Source: Branchiostoma lanceolatum (taxonomy: Eukaryota). From it: a DNA stretch of 64,000 nucleotides. Below, in pieces: positions 1 through 11,181 of the stretch. The stretch covers positions 9,044,596 through 9,108,595 of the forward strand of contig NC_089740.1 of assembly GCF_035083965.1 (NCBI RefSeq). Direction: 5' to 3'. The position numbers and the translations under genes are program-made. Position 1 is the first letter of the stretch. Every line of letters starts with the position of its first letter. Below the pieces are notes generated by a model that saw only the letters and a list, made by a program, of their open reading frames with translations, was not told the DNA's origin and ran no database searches.

Positions 1-479
1 GTACAGTACACTGATACAAAACCAGCCTCTCCCCAACAATGGCGTTGTCGAGGTAATCAGGCCCAACTACTTGCACTTGGAGTAAAGGTCCTGTCTATAT
101 GTCATGCACTTAAGGTGATCAATACGTCATATCGGGGTGTGCGGTGCGGAGGTGTCCGTGTAACACGAACCTTAAGTGACCAGACAGAATCGATCGATTG
201 ATTTTTGCTTCTGTAAGTTTGGATGTATACCACTTTGTATCCAGTATACGAGAAATAACACTGGTATCAGTGTCATGTCGGTTAGCAACGCCAGGTGTGA
301 CAGAATGACATCGTCAAAATAGTCCCATCATGTATCCGGAAAATAACACTGGTAACTGAGTGAGGTTGTGTAGCAACGTTTAAACACTGAGTGTGAGACA
401 AGACAACACTGTCAAATTGTGCCAAGGACATGCCTTGTGCCTTATAGGTTATTCCATATGATATCTCAACTGGCTCTGA

Positions 480-480
<1 letters not shown>

Positions 481-550
<70 letters not shown>
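481..550. repeat. (CA)35 microsatellite
   Basis: Perfect dinucleotide run. Confidence 0.95.
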
Positions 551-553
<3 letters not shown>

Positions 554-3500
554 TGGAATAGAATAGAAGTCTCCAACGTTTTACGGAATTCTATTCGTAT
601 AGCCAATTTCGCAATCCCAGCTAGCTGAGCTATGGCACAAGTACCATCACTTAAAGAGTGTCTTAGTTTGGTTTCCACAAGACTAAATACAACCAACATA
701 ATCAGCTGTGATGTTATATACCATACGTCCATACGGCCCGGTAGGAGCACTTAATAGTGAATACTATGTCGCACCTGATATAGTACCTAGCTACGGTCGG
801 GAACGTCCCACGAATAGGACGTTAAATTGAGGTCTTGTGTTGTTGTAGAGCCACACCCATCAGACTTATAGAAAGGGTAGGTGTCCTTCCCGGTGTAAGT
901 GCGACAAACCTTATTATTACAGTCTCATGAACGTTCGTGATGGGAGCACTCAGCCTTACTCTGTTTATTAGCACATAGTAATAAAGAAGAAAATGGTACG
1001 AAGTAGGTGGCCTGTCTGTAGATTTACCTCTTACTTTTCCTAACTCGGCTTCCGTCTTTTCATTTATTTATTGGTTTGGCTGTTCAGCACACACAGGCAG
1101 GGCTGCCCAACTATCCTGTTGCTATTATAAATGGCTAGCCCTACTGACAAAGGCAAGACATTACCAAGGAGTTTTGACATGGACAGCATAACGAGCTGTA
1201 ACAATATTCTAAGTATATGTACATAAAACCTAATAGTTTGTATATAAATGATTCAAAATCTCGGCTTTCGTCTAAAGTAGCAAAATCTCAGTTCACCCAC
1301 CTACTGCACCGTAAACCACTCCCACCAACAGTCCAGCACAGACGACATTATACACAAAACCCGCCATTTTCGGAGCCACAAATCTTACACCGCTCACACA
1401 AACACGTCCTTCCCAGTCTGTGGTCTTGTCAAAAACTGTGCAAGTTTATCACATTGAGCGGGTTTCCTCAGAACAACTGACCGAAGGTTGTGGAATTTCT
1501 GACCCTGCCCAAAATTCCTGTGCACACTGTTTGCCACCACTGTTAATGATCAACCTAACGTCCTGTGTGATTCATACAGGGGTCAGCCTGGGTAAACATC
1601 AGAAGAGTTTTATTGTGCGGTGTTCTACTGTACGGTAGGAAAAGTCACGATCTATAGATATATAGGCCTAACCACAGTATTGGCTCCTGATGACGTGTCG
1701 TCTAAGCTTGGCTACAAACGCTGTAAGGTAACTCTGCAAGGAGACACACATAACTTACACATCACACGAGTAAACCTACATCAGTTTTGTAGAAGAAAGA
1801 TAGCTATAGTGTACACGTAAATTGACCTCGTATTCCACCACAGAAGAGGTGCAAACAAAGAACGCGTTAGTTTCTAGGATTCCTGATAGCAAACGTGATT
1901 ACAGGACTTTTCGCACTCTTTCCTTTGACGTCAACGAGATGCACATTCCATCACAGGCAATGACGTCAAACAGGTCATAAAAACGTAAGAAGTACTAGTA
2001 ACGTAAGAAGTAACAAGTACTGCAGTTCAGAAATTTCTTGATAGGAGGTGTATAAAATAAGCTTTGAAACACTTGGGGATCAAGCGCCATCAAAAGGCAC
2101 CAACTGAAAAGTCTAACTGGTCCGGTCATTTTAGCCAAGCGATTAGTGCGGTCTGTGCCCGGGTTCGATCCCCGGGAGCCAGGAGACTTGCTACTCGCCT
2201 CTTGTGTTTCAACTTATCTAAGGTTGGGGAGGAAACCATACTTCCCTAATGCAACCAAGTCTCATTTTCTTTAACATTTGAACGTTTGTATTTATGTGAC
2301 TGTGTTGTACGCTATATGATCCCAGCTCTGGATATGAAGTTAACACACCGAAAAAAGGCTCATAATCAGCGTTGACAATCACCGTCTTCAATGTGCACAC
2401 CAAACGCATTAGACTCCATTTCTAATGTTCGGATCAATTGTCAAATTCATAAAGACGCCGCCTTAGATACCCCTGGTGTGTTGTGTACCGCAAAATTACA
2501 CAGAACTGTGAGCAATACACAGCATACACCAGAGGCATGTGAGTAAATACCACATATGACCATCATTCCAGATTTCTTAGGTTATTGCTCAAGAACACAA
2601 AAATAACCATAAATCCAAGTACCATGTAATTTCATCGCACCCTGATTCCCTGCTTCAGATTTTGATTGAAAAAAAATCTACAAACAAATTCTGACTACAT
2701 GTATGAAGAAATCAAATAAGTGTTGCCTAACCAAATGACTTCAAACATCCATTTCCTGCATTTTGAGATTTTTATTGTTTCAAGGCTCAAACCACACATA
2801 AGACCAGGAATTTCTTTCACAATAAAAGTTTACACACTCTGAAATACATTAAATTCAAAATAAAACTTAAGCGTTTTCAACACTTACAGATTAAATTTTG
2901 TACAATTCAGGATATCTGAAATCTTAAACATTTTTAGTCAACCATGACATCCATGTGTACACACAAATATGAGTACAAATATCTTCAAACATAATCATAT
3001 AATCTGTAGCAATAGCAAGGAGAACACAAGACCATGTCAACCATATTCAAAGTCAGATAAATATCCTTTTCCCACACAATGTTGCCATGCATTAGATTAA
3101 ATAGCCAGGTGAACATTCAACGTTTTAACCATTAAATGTACAATTCTAACAAAGACCTTAACTTGTCACAAAGGTATTCCTTCATGCCCAAAACAAGTCT
3201 TACAAGGGAATCCTTTTTTTGTCTGGGGGAATTGCTGACAGTAATACCTATTTCTTCAGCTGTTAAATGGGTTCAAATCAAATATGAAAGTGTTACATCT
3301 AAAAGATACCTAAAGGGCAGTATGTAGTGTTAGATATTGGTATTGCCGAAGTTTACACCTTTGACAGTTTCTGCCCACTGTTTCGCGTAGCCTAGCTTTG
3401 CAAACACCATAAAATATTGCCCTATCCTAATCTCATAAGTCTCCTAACTGTGCATAGTTCTCAATGACTTCTCAAAAACCCCTATTTTTCACCACAAACT

Positions 3501-5265
3501 GGACTAGGAACCATTTAACCTAAATTCCACTGTCAACACACCCCAATAACCCTCTTAGCAACATGTAGTTTTTAAATCACTCGACTACACGTAGATTTAG
3601 TCTGATAACTAGTGAACATCAAACTACACATTTCAAATCCTAACCCTTGACAGGCTTAGTTCTTGCCTGTGTACATGTGCCAGTTAGAAATTGTTGAGCC
3701 ATAGCTGGCAGAGGGTTGGTCTGATATTTTTGACAGTATGATGCTATCTCAGCATATTTCTTACCTCACATGAAAGGGCATATTTTTCCTTACTTAAGTA
3801 CATTAACTAGGGTGACTTCTACCCATCTCTCCATTATATTATGTACACCCTCAAAATGAGAAATTCATACTGTGCTCAAAAGTTTATCTATCATCAACAT
3901 CTTTCACTCACTTATCTTTCTTGGGAACATTTTCGGTCACTTGTACAAGCTTATTGGTATGTGTGACATCACAAATTGCAATCAAATGGTCTAACTAGGA
4001 GTCTTGGGTCTGAACACGACTCAAGCAGGGATATCCCTATAAAAGTATAACTCAACTTAACATTTGAGCACCTGGTTCTAATTAGTTGCTAACTGGGAGA
4101 CCCCGCTTCAATCCTGGGTCAGGACTGCTCGGTGGGGCAGAATACAAAAATCTACAGCCTGACTGGCAAGAAGTTTGCAAAAACCAAATTTGACACATCC
4201 AATGTATAATACTGACCTTAAGGACTGTAAAATCACAGACCAAGATTGTGGCAATATGTTTTTTAAGTCCTGCCTTTTCTCGTAAAAAAACTTAATTCAC
4301 AACCCTTACTCATGACCCTTAAGAGTGATGAAATTATCTTTTGTAAGATTTAGTCCTGGAAAATGTAGCTAAAACAAATGGGATACAATGGTTTTTGTCA
4401 ACCATACACAAGGAACAGTAGAAGAACTTATTTAAAAGCAATTGTCTTTCTGATATGTTTGCAAGCATACACACCCCTACCTCTGCTATAACTCTTTCTG
4501 ACTCCATTTCAAAGCTTCTTCCAAACCTGCCAATACCCATTCCACGGCATATATAAATAATTGACATAGTCTTTCTTTATCAATAAATACCAGCAAGGAA
4601 ATATACTTGTGTGGAAATGCAACAATCTTTGGTTTGGGCTTTGTTTCATAATTCTTCGAATAAAAAAAAATCATTTGAGGCAAAAATTGAGGTTTTCTTC
4701 TTTTCTTAACCTATACATTATATCAATTGCCATGAATTGATTAAACTCCAAAGATGTTATGCTTCATTTTCAATGTTTCAAACATTAAGGTATCAACTTT
4801 ACTGAAAGACATCAACAGAAACATAATAGGTTATTTGAAATTCAGTCTGTCCTCAGTCACCTTTGACCTATGTATGGTCACATGACCAAAGTAGAGGGTC
4901 AGCCATCCTGAGTGCAGCCATAGCTATAGCCAAAGGTGTGGCAAGTGTCAGTGAGTTCAATTGAAAGTTAAAACTCCAACCATATACTGATATAATTTGC
5001 AATTCTTAAATCTCTAGCTAAGGCTTCATTCCAAAAAGCTGCTTCACAGTTTAAACTGCACATGCCCAGTGTGATGAATTGTGGGTAACATGTCAAAGTT
5101 GAAGGCCCCTGAGACATAAACAAAAATGGCCAGAGATGGTATCAAGCTTAATCTAGACAAGAAGTGTTTACAAGTTAGGGGCCTCCACCTTTGACCCCAC
5201 GCATGAGTAGTTTGAACCGTGAACAGGCTTATAGCTAAAACACAGCGCAGTAACATCAAACAGTC

Positions 5266-5436
5266 TCATGCTGCTGGCGTTTTTCCTGCTTCCTCTGAGT
5301 CTGCTGTTTCATCCTCTGCTGGCGGCAGTTCCTTCAGAGACTTTCTGTACTTATATATCCTTGAGAGCTGGAAGAACCCCGTGGCAGCTACGAAAATGTT
5401 CACACTGAACAAGTTGTAGTTCACTGGGATGATTAC
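5266..5436 (-). CDS. MPC2: MPC2 coding exon 2, 56 codons plus TGA (VIIPVNYNLFSVNIFVAATGFFQLSRIYKYRKSLKELPPAEDETADSEEAGKTPAA*)
   Basis: Acceptor cccacag|GTAATC is in phase 0. The sequence continues the MPC2 alignment (human ...VIIPKNWSLFAVNFFVGAAGASQLFRIWRYNQELK). The stop codon is at 5266-5268. Confidence 0.8.
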   Translation of the reverse strand, partial: VIIPVNYNLFSVNIFVAATGFFQLSRIYKYRKSLKELPPAEDETADSEEAGKTPAA

Positions 5437-6754
5437 CTGTGGGAGGGTAGAGGAAGAAAATCTTGATTGTGTATAATGAACATAATGACAAACAAACTTC
5501 ACTTAAACTTTGAGTTAGTCATGTAATATAACTTATAAGCAAAATGACTACCAAGCATTTAGTCTGTATTCTTTTAGGGACGTCGCTATAGCTCAACTCA
5601 TAACAGCTTCACAGTTGAGATCCTGGTTCAAATTACTGAAGGTGCTGTTGTGTTATTCCAGAAGACAGAAAAAGGGGGCGTTGTCAGCAGACAACTTGGA
5701 AAATAGTTCAAGGGACAGTGAACAAGTAGGGCATGGGCTCATCAAAGTACCAGGGTGGCTGTTTAGCATTGCCCAACCACAATATATACACCGTACACAC
5801 AGTGTTCTCGCCAGGCCTTTTCAGCATAGGGGCCCCCTATGCTGTGATTTGGACCCCCTATGCTGTGGTCTGGACCCCTATGCTGTGTTTCAACCAGCAT
5901 AGGGGTGTTTCTTTCTGGAAAGAACCTTGTGACCCTTCATAAATCTTATAAAAAGTTCATATTTGGCTTTAGAATGAGGCTGTAACAGAGGAAAAACTTT
6001 ATTTTACCAAATTTATCCCTCAAAATGCAGGAATTAGTGTCTCATTGGGTTATGAATTCAAAAATTTTCCGGGGGAACAAGCCAGACTCCCTACTCTGTG
6101 GTAATTTCTTCGTAGCTTGCGCCGCCTAAAGTTGGCCTTCTGTACCTGACCCCTATGCTGTGAAAAAATTCTGGCGAGAACACTGACACATTTCTCAAAG
6201 TGTTCACATTTTCCCTGGACATGAAGTTCACCACCTAGAGTGGTCCATTCCATGGCCGTGGAAGTCACAAATTCAGTCTTTCACTCTCTGTCATTACCCT
6301 GTTGGAACAGTTGATTATAATCGTAAACAGTCACACTGACAGATAGTTACTGAGAAATTCACACCCAGTAAAAAGTGCAAGAGAAAATATCTAGATGGCC
6401 TACTGGACGGTAAATGTGGCATCAGAAAACGATATCGTGTTTGTTACCACACATCTGCTTGAAGATTACGCAATTCCTACCATAAAAAATCTTGTGTCTG
6501 TAATTTGTACAGCATATCCCATATGGACACAAAGTTGGACATAGCAACTCTGAGAAAAATATGAAAAGAAAAACAGAAACTGAAATAACTTAACTGCCTT
6601 CAGCAGAAACAGGTTACATGATCTGAGCTGGCAAAATTAAATTACTTCGTCGTGGGGGACATGTCTAAATACTGACTTGACCTCGGGGTGACCTTGTAGC
6701 TATGGAACAGAACATGCCCCTCCCCCTCTCTAAAACACGACAAAAAAGCCTTAC

Positions 6755-7006
6755 AAACGAGTATCTAGACCAAATGCATCCCGTGGCAGCCAGCGCACTG
6801 GATTGGTACACGCTTAGCCTCTCCGGCGGCCGTACGACGTCGGCGATCCCGGCGATCACCAGCGCCCACTTGAAGGCAGGCGCCCAGAAAAAGATTGTCT
6901 TTGGCCCGGCGGGATGGTTCCAAACGGAGCGGATTCTCTGCGGAAGGAGCGCTTCCACCCGCTTGTCCAGCCTCATGATGAGGCCTCGAAGTCCTACCAC
7001 ACTCAT
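6755..7006 (-). CDS. MPC2: Mitochondrial pyruvate carrier 2 (MPC2/BRP44), coding exon 1. Met to ...CIWSRYSF, 84 codons, then gtaagg donor.
   Basis: Minus-strand ORF MSVVGLRGLIMRLDKRVEALLPQRIRSVWNHPAGPKTIFFWAPAFKWALVIAGIADVVRPPERLSVYQSSALAATGCIWSRYSF. It aligns collinearly with human MPC2 (LRATYHRLLDKVELMLPEKLRPLYNHPAGPRTVFFWAPIMKWGLVCAGLADMARPAEKLSTAQSAVLMATGFIWSRYSL) as recalled from memory. A donor GTAAGG follows TTT directly, and the ORF beyond it loses similarity. Confidence 0.85.
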
Positions 7007-7453
7007 CTGGGACGGATTAGGTTCGTCTTATGTCGCTAAGTCAAGTTAAATCGCGAAAAAAATGTCAGAAACTCTCGACATCCGTGTTCAGAACACAACG
7101 AAAATGGCGGTAAGTGTTCGTATTGAACTTTGACCAGATTAGTCAATTCCACCATAAGCAGAGAGGCGACGAAAAATAAATTTTTGTAGATAACTTTTAG
7201 TAAACCTAAACTGATGACCATAAAATATCACATCTTAAGTCTCAATATGAGCTTCATTCTTGCTCTGAGTCATAATTCTTAATTTGTTTATTTTCTGAAA
7301 TAAAAAAAATAGCTTCTACCCTATTTCATTCAGTGGACTATTCCATATTACATCCGGTTGTCGATTCATGCTTCGCTCTGCCTGACTCAGTGACGAATCT
7401 TCTTGTTTCCTGCGTTTTTCCGGCAGAAGTTTTCCTCAGAATAACTTACCAAG
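7007..7453. promoter_or_regulatory. Putative bidirectional promoter / shared 5' region between divergently transcribed MPC2 (-) and TXNL1 (+)
   Basis: The two initiator ATGs are 447 bp apart on opposite strands (7006 on minus, 7454 on plus). No ORF lies between them. A TTCCGG (ETS-like) element sits about 45 bp upstream of the TXNL1 ATG. The call is by position only; no TSS data. Confidence 0.5.
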
Positions 7454-7551
7454 ATGTCGAACGTTCGTGTGGTCAACGAAGACGCCCAGTTCCAGGTCGA
7501 ACTGACCAACGCCGGCACGAAACTTGTGGTGGTAGATTTCTATGCCGACTG
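7454..7551 (+). CDS. TXNL1: Thioredoxin-like protein 1 (TXNL1) exon 1: MSNVRVVNEDAQFQVELTNAGTKLVVVDFYADW (phase-2 end, donor GTGAGG)
   Basis: ATG in an ORF with the thioredoxin-fold N-terminus. The split codon TG|G completes the W of the WCGPC active site in exon 2. Confidence 0.85.
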
Positions 7552-8173
7552 GTGAGGACTGTGGGGAGGGGGGCATCATGATATGACGGAAACAAAGTCG
7601 TTTAGTCGTGACGTTGCATAATTTCTAGAATCACATCTTTTGCTGTTTTCACTGACACCATTACCGTGTTGGATTTTAGTGTCGTACATTTTGCCCTGTT
7701 TCTCATACAATGTGGATTTGAAAATACTTTCGATACGATTACTTGAAGAATAATTTACTCTTGCACAAAAGCATGTATGGGTCATAAATATTTGTATGCC
7801 CAGGATTATCTAATCTTCTGAGAGATTATGTCCTGATCTCCATCTTAAAGCTGAATTTTGTTTGATGCTAAATACCACTTATTCCCTCCTTTTTTAATTG
7901 AAGTTCATTTCCTTTCCAGTGGCATAAGCAAAGCTCAAAGGATACATATCCATGGTCACTTTGTCAAGTCAATGGTGTGAAATTACAACAAAATTAATAC
8001 CCAGTTATTGATACATTGATGAAAGCTAGACATCTTGGTAAACAATATCAAAAGTCAAACAAATTTCTACCACTGGATTCGATACGGAGATCAATAACGT
8101 ACGACCAGCGCACGACGAATGTGACTGCTATTGGACCAGGTCTGAGAATGTGTGTTTTACCTTATCTGTACAG

Positions 8174-8270
8174 GTGTGGGCCCTGCCAGAAGATCGCCCC
8201 ATTCTTCAACCAGCTGAGCAGTCGCTATCCGACAGTTGTGTTTGTGAAGGTGAATGTGGACCAGTGCCAG
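8174..8270 (+). CDS. TXNL1: TXNL1 exon 2: (W)CGPCQKIAPFFNQLSSRYPTVVFVKVNVDQCQ, thioredoxin active site
   Basis: Acceptor tgtacag| and donor CAG|gtcagt. Contains the CGPC redox motif. Collinear with the human TXNL1 N-terminal Trx domain. Confidence 0.9.
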
Positions 8271-8284
8271 GTCAGTCTGAAGAA

Positions 8285-8500
8285 GGCATTTTTGACACCC
8301 ACACTCACACACATACACACAGTGATACACAAATACACACACACATACTCACAAATACACACACACAAAAAACAACACAACAGATATACAAACACACGCA
8401 CACACACACACACACATACATGTACACACAAACACACGCACACACAAACATGCACACACATACACACACAAGCACACACCCTAATGAACATGATAAACAT
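8285..8500. repeat. Imperfect CA-rich compound microsatellite in TXNL1 intron 2
   Basis: acacacacatacacacagtgatacacaaatacacacaca... Confidence 0.85.
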
Positions 8501-8830
8501 AGACAGGGTTTTTTCTAGAAAAATCAAACAAGAGGGAGCACACACAGGCGAATGAGTGAATTCTAGGTCTTTATGGAAGAATCGATCGCTGAGGGAAGGC
8601 TGTATGCTGGGGATTTAGCTAAAATCTGAATTTGACAAGGGGGTGCTGGGCTGAAACAAGAGGGCGCAGCGCCCCTCTTTCCCAATTTAGATGAACCCCT
8701 GATAGAAACATACACACATACAAAACTTCACATACACTTATATAGAAAACAAGACCTTCTTATTAATGAAGACGATAAATACATTTAGCCTAATATCAGT
8801 AATATTCCCTTTTCCAATGAACATCTGCAG

Positions 8831-9013
8831 CTAACGGCATCGTCCAATGGCGTGCGAGCGATGCCGACGTTCCTGTTCTTCCGTAACAAGACGAAGGTTG
8901 ACCAGCTGCAGGGGGCTGACCAGAACAAGCTGGAGGAGAAGGTGAAGAAGTGGATGGGGGAGGAGGAGGAGGACGGGGAGGAGGGGTCAGGCGGGGTCGG
9001 AGTGCCTGGACAG
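8831..9013 (+). CDS. TXNL1: TXNL1 exon 3: LTASSNGVRAMPTFLFFRNKTKVDQLQGADQNKLEEKVKKWMGEEEEDGEEGSGGVGVPGQ
   Basis: Acceptor ctgcag| and donor CAG|gtcagt, 61 codons in phase 0. Matches human TXNL1 ...SATPTFLFFRNKVRIDQYQGADAVGLEEKIKQHLE, followed by the acidic linker. Confidence 0.9.
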
Positions 9014-9627
9014 GTCAGTTCTTCTTAAGATTTGAAGTTTGGTAAGATTTTCAAACTTATTTAAGGGAAGGATTGAACTTTTAAGAGGGTAGATTGGGGG
9101 TCCTTTATGTCTTATTCTATTAATTATAAGCTGACGAAAAAAGAGACTCATTATTACCTCCGTGATTGGGGGTATTCAGTGTGTGTGTGTCCATGACTCC
9201 ATCTGTGTTTCTGCAGTTATTACCTTCACTGAGAAGGTTGTTTTGCACAGCGTTTGTGAGAGTGTCCTTCTGTGTACACGATAACTCGAGAATGTCTGTA
9301 TATATTGGTAGATGGGTAGGTCTTCTTGAGACCTCGAAATGATTAGATTTTGGGCCCCTTTGCAACTTGCTATGCATGGGACTGGAACAGAACTTCCGCT
9401 CTTGATATTTCATGTTCTGAACATGCTATGGTCATGATTTTTGAGATGTAGATCTTGGGAGGGAGAGTAAGTCATGTACGTTTGGGACCCCTAGTTTCCA
9501 TATGATATGCACAATTGATGAACTACAATTAAACAAGACATACGAGATGTTCTAAGTATTTCACAGACTCAAACTCTTGTTGTTATTTGAGTCTTGAAGC
9601 ATCTGTCTATGATTCCTTTATCCCCAG

Positions 9628-9820
9628 ATGAACTTGAACTCCATGATCATGAAGTCTGGCTGTGAGTGTCTGAACGACAGCGATGACCACCCCTTCAGCC
9701 ACTGCCTGGACAAGGGTGGACAGTACCTGGAGTCTGACTGTGACGAACAGCTCATCATGACTGTTTCCTTCAACCAGCCTGTCAGACTCCACTCTCTCAA
9801 GATCCAGGGGCCTGATAACG
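9628..9820 (+). CDS. TXNL1: TXNL1 exon 4 (start of PITH/DUF1000 domain): MNLNSMIMKSGCECLNDSDDHPFSHCLDKGGQYLESDCDEQLIMTVSFNQPVRLHSLKIQGPDN(G)
   Basis: Acceptor tccccag| and donor ACG|gtacgt. Near-identical pattern to human TXNL1 NKAGCECLNESDEHGFDNCLRKDTTFLESDCDEQLLITVAFNQPVKLYSMKFQGPDNG. Confidence 0.9.
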
Positions 9821-10046
9821 GTACGTATGTGTGGCTAATTATCGATAATTGTATGGGTCCATCTCGGTGTGAGTGCGCATGCTGCCTGACACCTATCATT
9901 CTTGTTGTAGCTGTGTGTCTGTATCTGAGTATAGCTGGTATAACACACCAGTAGCATAACACACCATCTTCTTTTATGATCACTGTCTTTTAGTGCTTTT
10001 ATTTTCTAACTTTCAAACTTTCTGTCTCCTTTTGTACCCAAACTAG

Positions 10047-10140
10047 GCCAGGCAGCAAAAACAGTGAAGATCTTTATCAACCAGCCCGCCACACCAGACT
10101 TCGATGCAGCAGAGAGGAACGACGCTGTTCAACAGTTCGA
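10047..10140 (+). CDS. TXNL1: TXNL1 exon 5: (G)QAAKTVKIFINQPATPDFDAAERNDAVQQF(E)
   Basis: Acceptor aactag|, donor GA|gtgagt, phase 1 to 2. Matches human GPKYVKIFINLPRSMDFEEAERSEPTQALE. Confidence 0.85.
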
Positions 10141-10523
10141 GTGAGTGAAACGGAATCACTTTTTCAAAGCAAGATGATATTAATGCAAGCAACATTGTTT
10201 GAATTCAATGATATTTGGGAAAGTGTGATGGAACTATGGTTCCGCATTTTTAAAAATGCTACTGCTAGCAAAAGTTGAAGTAGACATGATACCACAGTAT
10301 AATGTTTAAGAGAGCAGTAGACAATGGTTTCTATGACTATAGAAATCAGTACACAATTTTACCATGTACACTTGAGACATCATTGTTTCAAAATCAAAAG
10401 CAACAATTCAAATTGCTTTGATGTACCGGAGTATGCATAATTGTTAACACTTTTTATGTCTGTTTTCTTCTTACTTCAGTTTCATTTGCCAGACTTAAGA
10501 TTTGTCATGCTCTATTTGTGTAG

Positions 10524-10602
10524 GTTAACAGCAGAGGATGTGAAGGAAGACGCAATCATCAACCTCCGATATGTGAAGTTCCAGAACATACAAAATGTCA
10601 CT
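10524..10602 (+). CDS. TXNL1: TXNL1 exon 6: (E)LTAEDVKEDAIINLRYVKFQNIQNVT
   Basis: Acceptor tgtgtag| and donor ACT|gtaagt. Matches human LTEDDIKEDGIVPLRYVKFQNVNSVT. Confidence 0.85.
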
Positions 10603-10785
10603 GTAAGTCAGTAATCATTTTCTCAGTGATGGAACTTCGAAGTTACATCTATGCCATTCCATACATGTAGAGTTAGAATTTCTCCCTTTCCAAAGTAGTG
10701 ATAATTTGATTCACATCCATTTATTTCAGGTTGATAGTACATTAAGATGTTCAAGACACCTGTTTCGTTTTTCCATGACCCACAG

Positions 10786-10890
10786 ATATTTGTTAAAGAC
10801 AACCAGGGAGATGAGGAGACCACAGTAGTCAACTACCTAGGCTTCATTGGAACACCCGTAACAGCTACCAACATGACCGAGTTCAAAAGG
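10786..10890 (+). CDS. TXNL1: TXNL1 exon 7: IFVKDNQGDEETTVVNYLGFIGTPVTATNMTEFKR
   Basis: Acceptor cccacag| and donor AGG|gttggt. Matches human IFVQSNQGEEETTRISYFTFIGTPVQATNMNDFKR. Confidence 0.85.
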
Positions 10891-11151
10891 GTTGGTATCT
10901 GTTAATGTTTGGTTTAATCAGTGCACTGCCTAGTATTATCACACTAGTTCTGTTTTGAGATTAAATGAAGTTATTATCTTATAGGTTTGTGTACAAAGGA
11001 CTTTAACTTTGTTATCCAGTGAATGTACCAACCTGATGAAACTATCACAGAGATGTACATATACTGATATAGATTGTCAAGAGACCACATACTGCATCAC
11101 AGTAGATTATGACAAGAAATTGTATTCATTTTTCTTTTTTCCTTTTTCCAG

Positions 11152-11181
11152 GTTGCAGGCAAGAAGGGGGAGAGCCATTGA
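11152..11181 (+). CDS. TXNL1: TXNL1 exon 8 (terminal coding): VAGKKGESH*
   Basis: Strong polypyrimidine acceptor ttttctttttt cctttttccag|. The peptide is identical to the human TXNL1 C-terminus VVGKKGESH apart from one residue. TGA stop at 11179-11181. Confidence 0.85.
   Translation, partial: VAGKKGESH

Noticed and set aside
1217-1820. Three consecutive short plus-strand ORFs (87, 72 and 66 aa)
   Set aside because: They are in different frames, with no splice signals or homology, and the sequence is low-complexity. They are probably MPC2 downstream or intergenic sequence.
2118-2185. tRNA-like segment with a perfect T-arm (CCGGG-TTCGATC-CCCGG) and a 7-bp acceptor-like pairing with one mismatch
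   Set aside because: The body between acceptor and T-arm is about 6 nt too short for canonical D and anticodon arms, and no convincing D-arm exists. It is more likely a tRNA-derived SINE fragment or chance. Similar T-arm-like fragments occur at 4090-4140, 5583-5660 and 28600-28700.
6702-7049. 115-aa plus-strand ORF
   Set aside because: It is antisense to the well-supported MPC2 exon 1 and has no homology. It reflects GC-rich codon-biased sequence.
8016-8555. 179-aa and 122-aa ORFs on both strands (HTHTHT.. / CVCVCV..)
   Set aside because: They are translation artefacts of the CA-rich microsatellite in TXNL1 intron 2. The same applies to ORFs at 419-750, 27870-28220, 30448-30705, 32808-33124, 36422-36701 and 51438-51866.
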